Of a DNA stretch of 64,000 bases, positions 28,801 through 33,916 are shown one piece after another. The DNA comes from Candidatus Omnitrophota bacterium (GTDB lineage: Bacteria; Omnitrophota; Omnitrophia; Omnitrophales; Aquincolibacteriaceae). Every line of letters starts with the position of its first letter. Position 1 is the stretch's first letter. The stretch spans positions 3,250 to 67,249 of the forward strand of contig JAYTHE010000040.1 in assembly GCA_043732705.1 (NCBI GenBank), given 5' to 3'. Both the position numbers and the translations under genes were made by a program. Below the pieces are notes generated by a model. It saw only the letters and a program-made list of their open reading frames with translations. It was not told where the DNA came from and ran no database searches.

Positions 28801-30635
28801 CTATCGCCATTGTTTTGAAAACCCGCTCTGAACTGCGGGATCTTAAGTCTGAGCCAATTTTGCTTGGAAAATTCACCCCATTTCTTATCGCTGGCGAAAC
28901 GGAGGACCCTCTCGCAATTACACCTCAGCTGGATGAGTCAAAGCAGGCTGTTGGAAATTTACAGTTTCGCAAAGTCCACTTGGGCAATTTGTCAGCTACA
29001 GCTATCGAAGAAATTAGAGATGCACTGGGACAATCAGGCCTGGACCGCGGTCATCAGGCGTTTTTTGAAAGTAATGCAAGCGGACTTGAAAAAGTTGACG
29101 CCGTAATTCGCAGCGATGGACTTTTAACTGCTTTGATCGGAAAGCAAGCGGGACATGGCGCTGTAACGCATATTGAGTTTGCGGTTCCCCTCGTTTATGT
29201 CGGAGAATATACAGTTCGGCTTGGTTATCCATCACATGGAACTTTAACAATTCCAATTGCGAGTGTTGTCAAAATTGACACAGCGGGTGGCATCATAAAT
29301 ATCGTTGCAATTGAGCCCGTGACGTCTGCCGCACGCTCCGAATTGCGGCTTCAATTGGCAGACAATACTAATCCGCAGGTACGCGCAATTGTTAAACCAT
29401 CCCTCGTTAAAGCTAGAGTAACAACTCCGGATCAATTTAATGTTCCAATTGCTGCAGGGCAAAGTATTGCAGATTCTGTGCAATCGTTTGTCTCAACTAA
29501 TTATGGACATCAAAACTTGAATGATTTGCTTGCTAACACAGGTTCCACGGGTATTAAAGTTACCTTTTTAAATTCCAAGAAAGGAATACTGTTCAGTACG
29601 GAGCTTCATTCAGATCCTTCACCAGCGGGACGAGGTACTCAATATACCGTTCTCAATTCATTTGGCACAAGAAAACCAAACATGATTACGAGCGTTTTAA
29701 TTGAAGTTGTGCGCAGCGAATTGCGCGAGCAAGTTTCGCAAAGACAGTCATCTGTTGAAACGCTCAGCGAAATTTTGCTCGATTTTAAAGCCGGAATTCT
29801 GCCTTATAATGAACTTGTCGATTTATTGAAGGGTTCGCCTGCCCAGGTTTTATTGGATGCCGCAAAGGCTGCCGGAATTGATTTGAAGCTGCCCGGCAGT
29901 ATCGATAACAGCACAGAGGATGTGCTTTCCGCGCTTTTCCCAGTGGACTTAAATGAGGCGATTACAATCAATGTTCCAAAAATTACGGTGCGTGTCAATA
30001 ATGAAAAACCGACTTCGAAGAATATTACGGGAGCGGTGATTCAATCGGCAGAGACGGTGATTGCGATGAAAAAGCAAGCTCCTCAAGCGTTGATTGCACA
30101 TTTGCGCGCTTTAAGTGAAAGAGAATTTTTGGATTTGGCGATTTCGGATAAGCCCGGTGCCGAATCTAAATTTGACTCTGCGTTGAAACAGTTTTTAGGC
30201 TCGGCAGCCGCCGGTGTTCCAAGTCTTGAGGAAAGAAAAATATTGTTTGGGAAAATTCGGCTCCATACAAAAGCAAGCCTGGCTGCTTTTGTTAAAGATC
30301 AAGGCGGGGCAGTTGCAATTATGCTGACAGGCCATAACGACGAAATTTTTACCAGTCTCCAAGGCGGTTTTCGCTTTAAAGTGAAAGGCGCGAAAGGCAA
30401 AGCTCTTTCTGGAAAGGCCTTTTTTGCCATGCCGGTTGTCAGTGTCGGCGCCGCAAAAGTTATGGCGAATATACGCGGTGTTGATGTTTCAATTGCCAAC
30501 TCGGCTATCCCAACGTACTTTAAAGCGCTTGATATGCAGGTTAACCGTGATAGTGACGGAGCGTTTGTATTCAGTGCGATCGCCCAACTTCTGCAGGCCA
30601 TTTTTAACGCTCAATACATCGGAACCATGGCTTAG
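16854..30635 (+). CDS. Giant secreted/membrane multidomain protein (4593 aa). It carries a signal peptide and at least four predicted transmembrane segments. Recognisable regions are a ChaN/Tiki-like N-terminal region, HEAT-like repeats, a beta-propeller-like region, an ACP-like domain and a UDP-sugar-pyrophosphorylase-like domain. A periodic RSE-hydrophobic-R motif recurs throughout.
   Basis: A single uninterrupted ORF in the six-frame track with the N-terminal signal peptide MFQLKNKTVRASVAVFTAVCLSFTQAAISA. Domain calls are from my reading of motifs (see findings). Confidence 0.8.
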   Translation: MFQLKNKTVRASVAVFTAVCLSFTQAAISAPIFSASAPAEVSLPDSLRLDRAVALKVPSAIATIEKLQPGNGKTIFHIQTAHGHYQAQQNINLLLKDLEKNYGVKTVLVEGSSNPLNPEIINFFPKDHEKTMRVVDLLTRKAILKGSEIYLLESGKARGFGIEDEVAYNQNLQDFALVIRAREESKQFLDNLEQSIERLSAVYLSTNLRSFLKQVERKETGNIPFDAYLQQLKIAAKKYAEIDLADPAWQLLWPMLTRVFTIEKLEKKIDAVQFDQQKKDFLTAIKPYTAVEIPREWAKNSPEVAQRVSVYEEVKSLLDLKDLSAKLPDPDTSILFENLVKSLPANFNYARFSSVTSFCGILMIKSEIKADVLTAEISKMEDQITDKLAEKKTAKELVAVLKDYRMLQKLFSLELAPSDYEVIAGSETGGRRPESIQPSVLANRLQTLGASASSLPAKQVRGVKFNHVKELDSLFNQALKFYAGARLRDGKMLARIEERLKETHADKVAVITGGFHSEPFAKYFEQRGYNYALMTPKITTVDAEGRNDYLNAMMMLATAQRLQARRLEARGPRTESATIEGKSVAAMDAVELSLLAKPVSEIVRSEPSLSVEATAVRALWSTEKSSLHSASSSASSTTRATARVEITGARSEMRVSEFPKLGEIPLEVDASQAEKQVFIGKEEWLGDRENLQPIFIQGRGYLAIIVTGPGKWKDNVITSFFISYDAGGKINNVVSLPGGSFHAKSKQIDVKVSVIDEFATATDVQLWVTLKNRKARIFRIKEDKGGEFALYKALKALITSQKRTVSVADGNAGIKKAKSQIVDALKNLESNPTYQQAQRLSHSKTAPKQRSERVITDYQRTVRGLALLPSRSEARKFSDVARFVVGKFVNAVMITGLAVAEIVRITFLSFLMLSFAYVARERAQGPNKTPLQNNEAVRGNVVNLEIIGRHRSEMRPFIHPERISNDLDLLTAVQASREYQSLDKGDEFFVSFYLGHDLVGWIRARREKGEQPWLSSYNRRNDPEHKMIGSMARDAEEKYVSGGNQINELINLMHEESVARKPHIYLSDEHPLVRYSKKRQAIVTKTIARLQSAEAGLLALKAQLDRSVDARQPEPEKFDQERFNSAATERLVQKFIQPAIENLKLGKLSDAWKLIQTAIGLMNDTNGLESGDGLRVIQLLRATRNAISIFADKYGEIVLEADMRAETAEARSEVRTVTLRVLTAAIMGFAFSAIAEQKPVAPPVLRAATDTDPQLLRKIEAVLRQPMPTGNSAGAIQSRKNLETAKEAALKELAGISNPSALYGLLAALLGDKNHPASLKALVAETLKKGLEAPQSSSTVNAVLKILFQIAKDKNNPNRTQAIGVLSQAAEKQRAVIGEFGMREVRLIIDGADKEAAAKRNLLIAEQEKIIRAVNPADKEAWEKRKNALLVLRGFVEDPAFTPGDRSNILKLVVGYLISAPDAVDQQKGKDQNGPWAKVAAAQVLESIGGNEARDALNQFVTDPAQDPKVKADDAFQKVLKKFSGRSEMRTPEITNVRFVLPSKIQGNQVRSAAAYAVEEGLLTGTESWWQEIHTRGNLDLTQRILNDSPKFSYEELSRFARALPPATAYVVVVRKGDFEQAKEFLSIKRPMIFLVEDKADEEGLRNLAIKQSVAHLVSVAYVSDWKKENVASLVREELDRVDGRDLVPRLDRVNIYLSGHLLDSTNEGNARAMLADKGGLLRERVGSLARYYRLYGGQIKSPLKSWADFDVAAGKNSLEIIRSESRATVTEIEFTGEVLVPWRIELKLKDGKSVELKLNQENKAAAKKMFAQSLPIRPLVYTINDASSGTNFGSIQMNLNENPKDLTEKNQISDIRIVKDSVAVSGNNTLVKEVKAWLESFEKEKQAFEGKSLKLSPFQVDDIPLETKFHPVTHSLISARLNFRGNNPVQVGLEADSASLVAMSSAGAEPRETRITFDVTVRKPLTLPQPVGKIHATARVSTNGFTLDEVRKTQTNPAAVDAQGIVSTAAAWLATEDLSESNPRLQPAPARSEVRGDATQPVGGNLFTRPMPRRDALKTAGLLGLISALGRTHVIGATGDVWFGDSNSANLAYTSEQFVNTADGRTFWIFVAKQNIQFQTKPDLQNAAWSPLSGTLADGNVAVIELPKSANGKTGFGRVARATTPSQNQRQAITQLSNSKPLPSEVQTILNSKAYAGKKVTVVQRSEVRGTVFQIVDAFEVSKTEANSESGAYAGPYLLPFLERMPERFKFYKALPQSINFVHPMDETDIGAVNFFASINTASKVDTSSLGAVKARRFKFEDEFVGKEMLFVYDTTAQEIHSIFALDSRNRIVGGIMFKKLPSDILKPERPFPLDPIMTQALDHAGESRVPAKIKYSPQTKDLEIEFNTVAEPEQQVGPSLPDAILKFNSGYEGFTDKPIDSADGAHEFTFDTIAIAAQGLDELIESIAQLEGNEGVSSVYERIKAPQGRISLIFDSKNNLLAIQSGAAGAKARDAIVFEKKSGAISEVVARSSAMAQTLTVLPTVPAPIKGLFGFSGKDHWITFTARSEARSQTGGAVRNEWKISTKGRFSAISPTGKMISLGERSPFERVVEKRVIGDKLIVVTQDPNQKNLRVFNREGKALQLGEFNVIYAFKEYRVVGGDRLIVRMRDAGSLFIYDLADGSQIPLDGHPAIRDSGSILTNEMDVRGNTVYALHDGSWYGYSIRTGKLVRDGHPTKRGTAYIPTGLDIACYGVIAAMIAIGSLLIPLAHPNGVNFAATLAQIVSRSEARLYTNHGGNEPLKQFQEDVQAGKISRGSWLEVRLSRIAAVQKGQFEGFENGQLILKDSRFNPPAMNEHFNLKEIEAIVVRGQYEHYFNIGKSLAIFLIPLFLSFVIAYKYNLHRMGMAVSATIAVVASFILSRFLPASAPVEVVAVAEKIKDIIAKRLGANPEVVTEDAQLVEGLNADSLDLIELINKIESQFKIDISDAEAERLATVGDYIQLVQKKLARSEAREDYRPQKPGEEKPAPGMFGQTRVFGRSEMREILAAFPTESPTHVDFERLFAAYLSDVYTAWKIDGDDIKDKADRAYVKQMALQHLRQRFLGTGTVDPNGPKAPLHIRRNKGSLNVVSAEGNAVVTSQLTYNELREAGAYKRSDLDTDPRRDEYLKAASGAWVTWNTLDGGIGESLMREEWLLNKGLRMRLKDILSQAEQADTKYQGPLAALKQAEENGETEEIIKALREIEKLAGYADPLQLKMGAKGTDLGRSETIRGNQYFVGDAERRLLLIADIATKRKFGKIAFQPFVNYQSAESYVNLMQQPYLWDVIEGSEHPRTYQQALEDAGVEIKTPLEQQDLPKFEIEDGAKAGLPTLDSKVQDKGQPGGHGQWGAFYMMDFTEIAPPDNGFHNVRFFGNGDNNHGNPEPIVVGFAIVQKKPILKITTPATAIDTKGGKETLRLIQLKERVTRVLDQWEEIGAKNAGQIDLFYKAGQRGGFGEQGRQHFNTNLFVFDEEQMHPILRKMREIVGEDEFLDAVMPLLFDKSDKAKTIDGKKFVSMDSAIGYVIHNLNTFYSTDPRLEELRREYGPQLLYYMDYDRGIFAPKKKAEDQYLQERTDYYGPFDEEAKNFHDAEPGLTPPGFDVTDPVEKDSKKADSKFWGEVQHWNDSFGISRVRKMQSLKVEGRVTIRNAEYVGDVVIINRFGREDKTKPAKRVILSNGVYFEQLKALGYWAEDHLLLENVTITIDESGILSTKPTRSEIRNLDELLAELNKAVRAPLNYRGADAMPPTTTLVALAPNLNVVIQVRDGVGTSRTVLTYTLGARELETRNVLPGGRNAQSFPIGGVASYTVNFQLPAADDAKVVADALKRGLPQFVTGDFNVVPAGNSGSIAITFTPKRTQRTELIEAAIPQVMEAIYQLARSRGRKVVDYQLVGYSGIVSKQTYGAMDRFPVTFSAETEQIRQVVRAALDKILDHYADGRVESIEVKLQDDALTTSETPSIAIVLKTRSELRDLKSEPILLGKFTPFLIAGETEDPLAITPQLDESKQAVGNLQFRKVHLGNLSATAIEEIRDALGQSGLDRGHQAFFESNASGLEKVDAVIRSDGLLTALIGKQAGHGAVTHIEFAVPLVYVGEYTVRLGYPSHGTLTIPIASVVKIDTAGGIINIVAIEPVTSAARSELRLQLADNTNPQVRAIVKPSLVKARVTTPDQFNVPIAAGQSIADSVQSFVSTNYGHQNLNDLLANTGSTGIKVTFLNSKKGILFSTELHSDPSPAGRGTQYTVLNSFGTRKPNMITSVLIEVVRSELREQVSQRQSSVETLSEILLDFKAGILPYNELVDLLKGSPAQVLLDAAKAAGIDLKLPGSIDNSTEDVLSALFPVDLNEAITINVPKITVRVNNEKPTSKNITGAVIQSAETVIAMKKQAPQALIAHLRALSEREFLDLAISDKPGAESKFDSALKQFLGSAAAGVPSLEERKILFGKIRLHTKASLAAFVKDQGGAVAIMLTGHNDEIFTSLQGGFRFKVKGAKGKALSGKAFFAMPVVSVGAAKVMANIRGVDVSIANSAIPTYFKALDMQVNRDSDGAFVFSAIAQLLQAIFNAQYIGTMA
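18542..18572. repeat. GC-rich tandem 7-8 nt repeat (GGCTCGGA GGCTCGAG GCCCGAG GCCCGAG) inside the giant gene
   Basis: Read directly; it encodes ARRLEARGPRTE. A related GC-rich block GGAGACCGGCGGCCGGAGGCCCGAGAGC lies at 18131-18158. Confidence 0.7.
25608..25826 (+). other. Acyl-carrier-protein-like domain embedded in the giant protein (phosphopantetheine-attachment DSL motif)
   Basis: AEKIKDIIAKRLGANPEVVTEDAQLVEGLNADSLDLIELINKIESQFKIDISDAEAERLATVGDYIQLV matches the ACP consensus (LGxDSLD...ELV...E..F...I.D......TVGD..DYI). The candidate Ser codon TCC is at 25704-25706. Confidence 0.6.
25921..28067 (+). other. UDP-sugar pyrophosphorylase (UDPGP family)-like domain embedded in the giant protein
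   Basis: ...VTWNTLDGGIGESLMRE... (about 26343) resembles the UDPGP G-rich loop (LNGGLGTSMG). ...GQPGGHGQW... (26946) matches the PGGHGD motif. The C-terminal part resembles the left-handed beta-helix tail of UGPase. Confidence 0.5.
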
Positions 30636-30654
30636 TTTTCTCCGTTTTTAAAGC

Positions 30655-30695
30655 CCGCTGCCTCGAAAGGGTGGCGGGTTTTTTATTTTCCACGG
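30655..30695 (+). terminator. Rho-independent terminator after the giant gene
   Basis: AAAGCCCGCTGCCTCGAAAGGGTGGCGGGTTTTTTATTTT: a GC-rich stem followed by a T-run, 20 nt after the stop codon. Confidence 0.5.
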
Positions 30696-30745
30696 CTGTG
30701 TTAGAATACCGCGCCTTAAAACTGACCTTTTGAAATGGGGATTTT

Positions 30746-31954
30746 GTGTTCAAAACGGCCGAAGAACAACTTCAAATTATTGGCGAAGGCCTTGTTGATT
30801 TAATTTCGCGTGATGAGCTGATTAAGAAGCTCGAATATTCGCGTTCCAAGAATAAGCCTTTGCGCGTCAAGTATGGCGCCGACCCCTCCGCTCCGGATTT
30901 GCATTTAGGGCATACCGTGCCTTTACGTAAATTACGCCAATTTCAAGATTTAGGGCATCAAGTGGTTTTTATTATTGGTGATTTTACGGCTCGCATCGGC
31001 GATCCTTCCCACAAATCGGATACGCGTCCCATGTTGTCCGAAGAACAAATCCAGCAAAACGCGCTGACTTATCAAGAGCAGGTTTTTAAAATTCTCGATA
31101 AGTCCAAAACCGAAGTGCGTTATAACTCAGAATGGCTCGCGAAAATGAACGCGGCCGACTTTCTCACTTTGACTTCCAAATATACGGTGGCGCGGCTTTT
31201 AGAGCGAGATGATTTTAAAAAGCGTTATGAATCAGGCCGGCCGATTGCGCTGGTTGAATTTATGTATCCGATGCTGCAAGGCTGGGATTCCGTTATCGTC
31301 AAGGCGGACATTGAAATCGGCGGAACCGACCAAACTTTTAATCTTCTGGTCGGGCGCGAATTGCAAAGCCGCGAAGGCATGTCACAGCAAATCGTGATTA
31401 CCTTGCCGATTATAGAAGGCACCGACGGCGTTCAAAAAATGTCAAAAAGTTTAGGGAATCATATTGGCGTGATGGATACCCCGCGTGAGATGTTCGGAAA
31501 AATTATGTCGATTCCGGACAACATGATCGAGCGTTATTACCGTTATTTAAGCGCTTTGCCGAAGACCGCTATTGAAGTGGCCGCGGCGGATTTAAAATCT
31601 GGCGTTAATCCGCGCGATATCAAAGCGCGGCTGGGCGAGCGCATGGTGGAGCTTTTTCATTCTTCGCAAGCGGCGGCTGACGCACATCAGGAATTCAACG
31701 AGATTTTTAAGAATAAAGGCCTGCCGGATGAAATTCCCGAATTCAAAATTAAAGAAGATATGGATTTAATTTCACTGCTTGTGCATTGCGGGTTAGCGCC
31801 GTCCAAATCGGAAGCGCGCCGCGCTTTGGATGCCGGAGCCGTAAAAGTCAATCAGGAAAAAGTTTCGGACATGAAATTGGTACTTGATTTAACCGCTCCG
31901 GTGATTCTTCAGAATGGTAAACGAAAATTTGCACGTCTCGTGCGAGCATCTTAA
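30746..31954 (+). CDS. tyrS: Tyrosyl-tRNA synthetase with a C-terminal S4 domain
   Basis: HLGH (...[10 protein letters not shown]...) and KMSKS (...[11 protein letters not shown]...) class I motifs, with an S4-like C-terminus. Confidence 0.9.
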   Translation: MFKTAEEQLQIIGEGLVDLISRDELIKKLEYSRSKNKPLRVKYGADPSAPDLHLGHTVPLRKLRQFQDLGHQVVFIIGDFTARIGDPSHKSDTRPMLSEEQIQQNALTYQEQVFKILDKSKTEVRYNSEWLAKMNAADFLTLTSKYTVARLLERDDFKKRYESGRPIALVEFMYPMLQGWDSVIVKADIEIGGTDQTFNLLVGRELQSREGMSQQIVITLPIIEGTDGVQKMSKSLGNHIGVMDTPREMFGKIMSIPDNMIERYYRYLSALPKTAIEVAAADLKSGVNPRDIKARLGERMVELFHSSQAAADAHQEFNEIFKNKGLPDEIPEFKIKEDMDLISLLVHCGLAPSKSEARRALDAGAVKVNQEKVSDMKLVLDLTAPVILQNGKRKFARLVRAS

Positions 31955-31956
31955 GA

Positions 31957-32898
31957 ATGTCATCAATCCTTCAAGTCGATCAGGTTTCTAAAAAATTCGC
32001 GTCACTGCAAGCCGTTAAAGATTTAACGCTTTCACTTTCTTCCGGAGAAATTGTCGGATTTTTAGGGCCCAACGGCGCAGGCAAGACAACGGCGATGCGC
32101 ATGATATGCGGTTTTTTCCCGCCCTCGTCGGGACGAATCCTGATTGACGGAATTGATATCAGCAGGGATCCTAAATCCGCCAAAAAATTAATCGGTTATT
32201 TGCCCGAGACAGTCAGTCTATACGGCGATATGCGTGTAAGTGAATATCTGCATTTTGTCGCGGCGGTTAAAGGCGTGGGCTTTTTGGCGCGCGGCAAGCA
32301 GGTCGATGAGAAAATAGAGCAATGCGGTTTGGGTGAGGTGCGCAAGCGTTTGATTGGGCGCCTGTCCAAGGGCTTTAAACAGCGTGTCGGCTTGGCGCAG
32401 GCACTTTTGGGTGACCCAAAACTTTTGATTTTGGATGAACCAACCTCGGGGCTTGATCCGAAGCAGATTTCTGAAATTCGCGCGCTGATTCATAGTTTGA
32501 AATCGGGTCGTGCGCTTTTATTTTCGACGCATATTCTTCCGGAAGTCACCATGTTGTGTAACCGGGTTGTAATGCTCAACAAAGGCCGCGTTTTAGCAAG
32601 CGGGACAGTTGAGGAATTAGAAGCACATTTGTCCGAAGATTTTCAAATTCAAATCACTATTTTAGGCCGCGCCAAGACTTCGGAAGCGGTTGCAGTGCTT
32701 GAAAAAATTGAAGGCCTCAAGGATATCAATTTTATTATTTCAGAAGGCGAGCAAGTCATGATGACTTGCCGGGCGCCGGTACAGCTCGAATTCCGCAATG
32801 TGATCACGGAAAAACTTTCCAAGCATGGAATCGCGGTGATTGAAATTAAGCGTGAACAATTGACACTTGAAGAAATATTCCTGAGGCTTTTAAAGTGA
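31957..32898 (+). CDS. ABC transporter ATP-binding protein
   Basis: Walker A GPNGAGKTT, ABC signature LSKGFKQRV, Walker B LLILDEPTSGLD. Confidence 0.85.
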   Translation: MSSILQVDQVSKKFASLQAVKDLTLSLSSGEIVGFLGPNGAGKTTAMRMICGFFPPSSGRILIDGIDISRDPKSAKKLIGYLPETVSLYGDMRVSEYLHFVAAVKGVGFLARGKQVDEKIEQCGLGEVRKRLIGRLSKGFKQRVGLAQALLGDPKLLILDEPTSGLDPKQISEIRALIHSLKSGRALLFSTHILPEVTMLCNRVVMLNKGRVLASGTVEELEAHLSEDFQIQITILGRAKTSEAVAVLEKIEGLKDINFIISEGEQVMMTCRAPVQLEFRNVITEKLSKHGIAVIEIKREQLTLEEIFLRLLK

Positions 32899-32924
32899 GC
32901 AATTCGCTGAAAAAAGTCATCTGC

Positions 32925-33010
32925 TGTGTTACAAACTTCGCTTCCTTGTGCGGCGTATTACCGTGTGCGCCTCCGCGGGCACTTGTTTGCGCCTTGCAGC
33001 TGAACATTTT
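32925..33010. repeat. Copy 2 of the roughly 85-nt intergenic element (copy 1 at 5455-5545)
   Basis: CTTCCTTGTGCGGCGTAT...CGCCTCCGCGGGC...TTGCGCCTTG, shared with copy 1. It starts about 27 nt after the ABC ATPase stop codon. Confidence 0.45.
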
Positions 33011-33034
33011 TGAACAAATTGGGCGTAAAAAAAT

Positions 33035-33808
33035 ATGAAAAATATTTTATTTTTAGCGCGCAAAGAATTTTCATCTTATTTTCACACCTGGACCGGTGTG
33101 TTTGTGACGCTTTTCTTTTTTCTCGTCTCCGGTCTTTTTTTTGCATTGCTTATGTTGGGATACGCTAAATTCTCAATGAATCCTGGCATGCAGATGGAGG
33201 AGATGGGTTTAAATCAAACCGACTATATTTTTGGCTCGTTTTATATGAATTTATCGACTTTGCTTATTTTTATCATCCCCATTTTGACGATGCGCGGGTT
33301 CGCCGAAGAGCGGCGCGACCAAACGCTTGAACTATTATTTACTTACCCGTTGTCTGACTTTGAAATTGTCATGGGAAAGTTCCTAGGGCAGGTTTGGATG
33401 TTTGAATTATTGGCCGTACCGCTTTTGGGTTACGGCTTGGTCGCGCAAATGGCCGGCGCAGAGTTTGACTGGCGCGTGGTTTTTCTCGCGTTTCTGGGGT
33501 TTTGGATGCTCGGGCTTTGCTATTTGTCGCTTGGATTTTTTATTTCAAGTTTGACGAAAAGTCCCGTGCTTTCGGCCGTTTCCACATTCGGAGTTTTTCT
33601 TGTTTTTTGGGTTTTGGAATGGGCGGCCAAAGTTTCTGACGGGCGGCTGGCGTTGATTTTTCAGGAAATTTCACCTTTGGATCATTACCGTTACTTCACC
33701 TTGGGGCAGCTCCATTTTCAACATTTGGTTTATTTTGTCATCGCAACACTGTTCTTTTTAACATTGTCGGTGCTCTCAATCTCAACCCGTAATTGGAAAA
33801 GCTCTTAA
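33035..33808 (+). CDS. ABC-2 type transporter permease
   Basis: 257 aa with six hydrophobic helices, directly downstream of the ABC ATPase gene. Confidence 0.7.
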   Translation: MKNILFLARKEFSSYFHTWTGVFVTLFFFLVSGLFFALLMLGYAKFSMNPGMQMEEMGLNQTDYIFGSFYMNLSTLLIFIIPILTMRGFAEERRDQTLELLFTYPLSDFEIVMGKFLGQVWMFELLAVPLLGYGLVAQMAGAEFDWRVVFLAFLGFWMLGLCYLSLGFFISSLTKSPVLSAVSTFGVFLVFWVLEWAAKVSDGRLALIFQEISPLDHYRYFTLGQLHFQHLVYFVIATLFFLTLSVLSISTRNWKSS

Positions 33809-33864
33809 GGTGAACTGTGAATAGTGAATTGTGGATAGTAAATTCCAAAACAAAGGCGAGCATA

Positions 33865-33916
33865 CCTGTCCACCTCCGGGAGGTGGCCAGATGTCCACCT
33901 CCCGGAGGTGGACAGG
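33865..33916. promoter_or_regulatory. Perfect 22-bp inverted repeat (7-nt spacer) that contains a Shine-Dalgarno sequence and an ATG
   Basis: CCTGTCCACCTCCGGGAGGTGG-CCAGATG-TCCACCTCCCGGAGGTGGACAGG read directly. The left arm contains GGGAGGTGG five nt before the ATG at 33891. Confidence 0.7.

Noticed and set aside
16859-30601. Dozens of 60-140 aa ORFs on both strands overlapping the giant gene in the six-frame track
   Set aside because: They are all embedded in the continuous 4593-aa frame, have no start context, and show no motifs. They are the chance antisense or out-of-frame ORFs expected in a 13.8 kb coding region.
33831-33890. Upstream extension of the gldG-like ORF (MDSKFQNKGEHTCPPPGGGQ...) and the mirror-image antisense ORF 33738-33959
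   Set aside because: Both simply translate the two arms of the perfect inverted repeat, hence the symmetric CPPPGGG peptides. The element is non-coding RNA or DNA structure.
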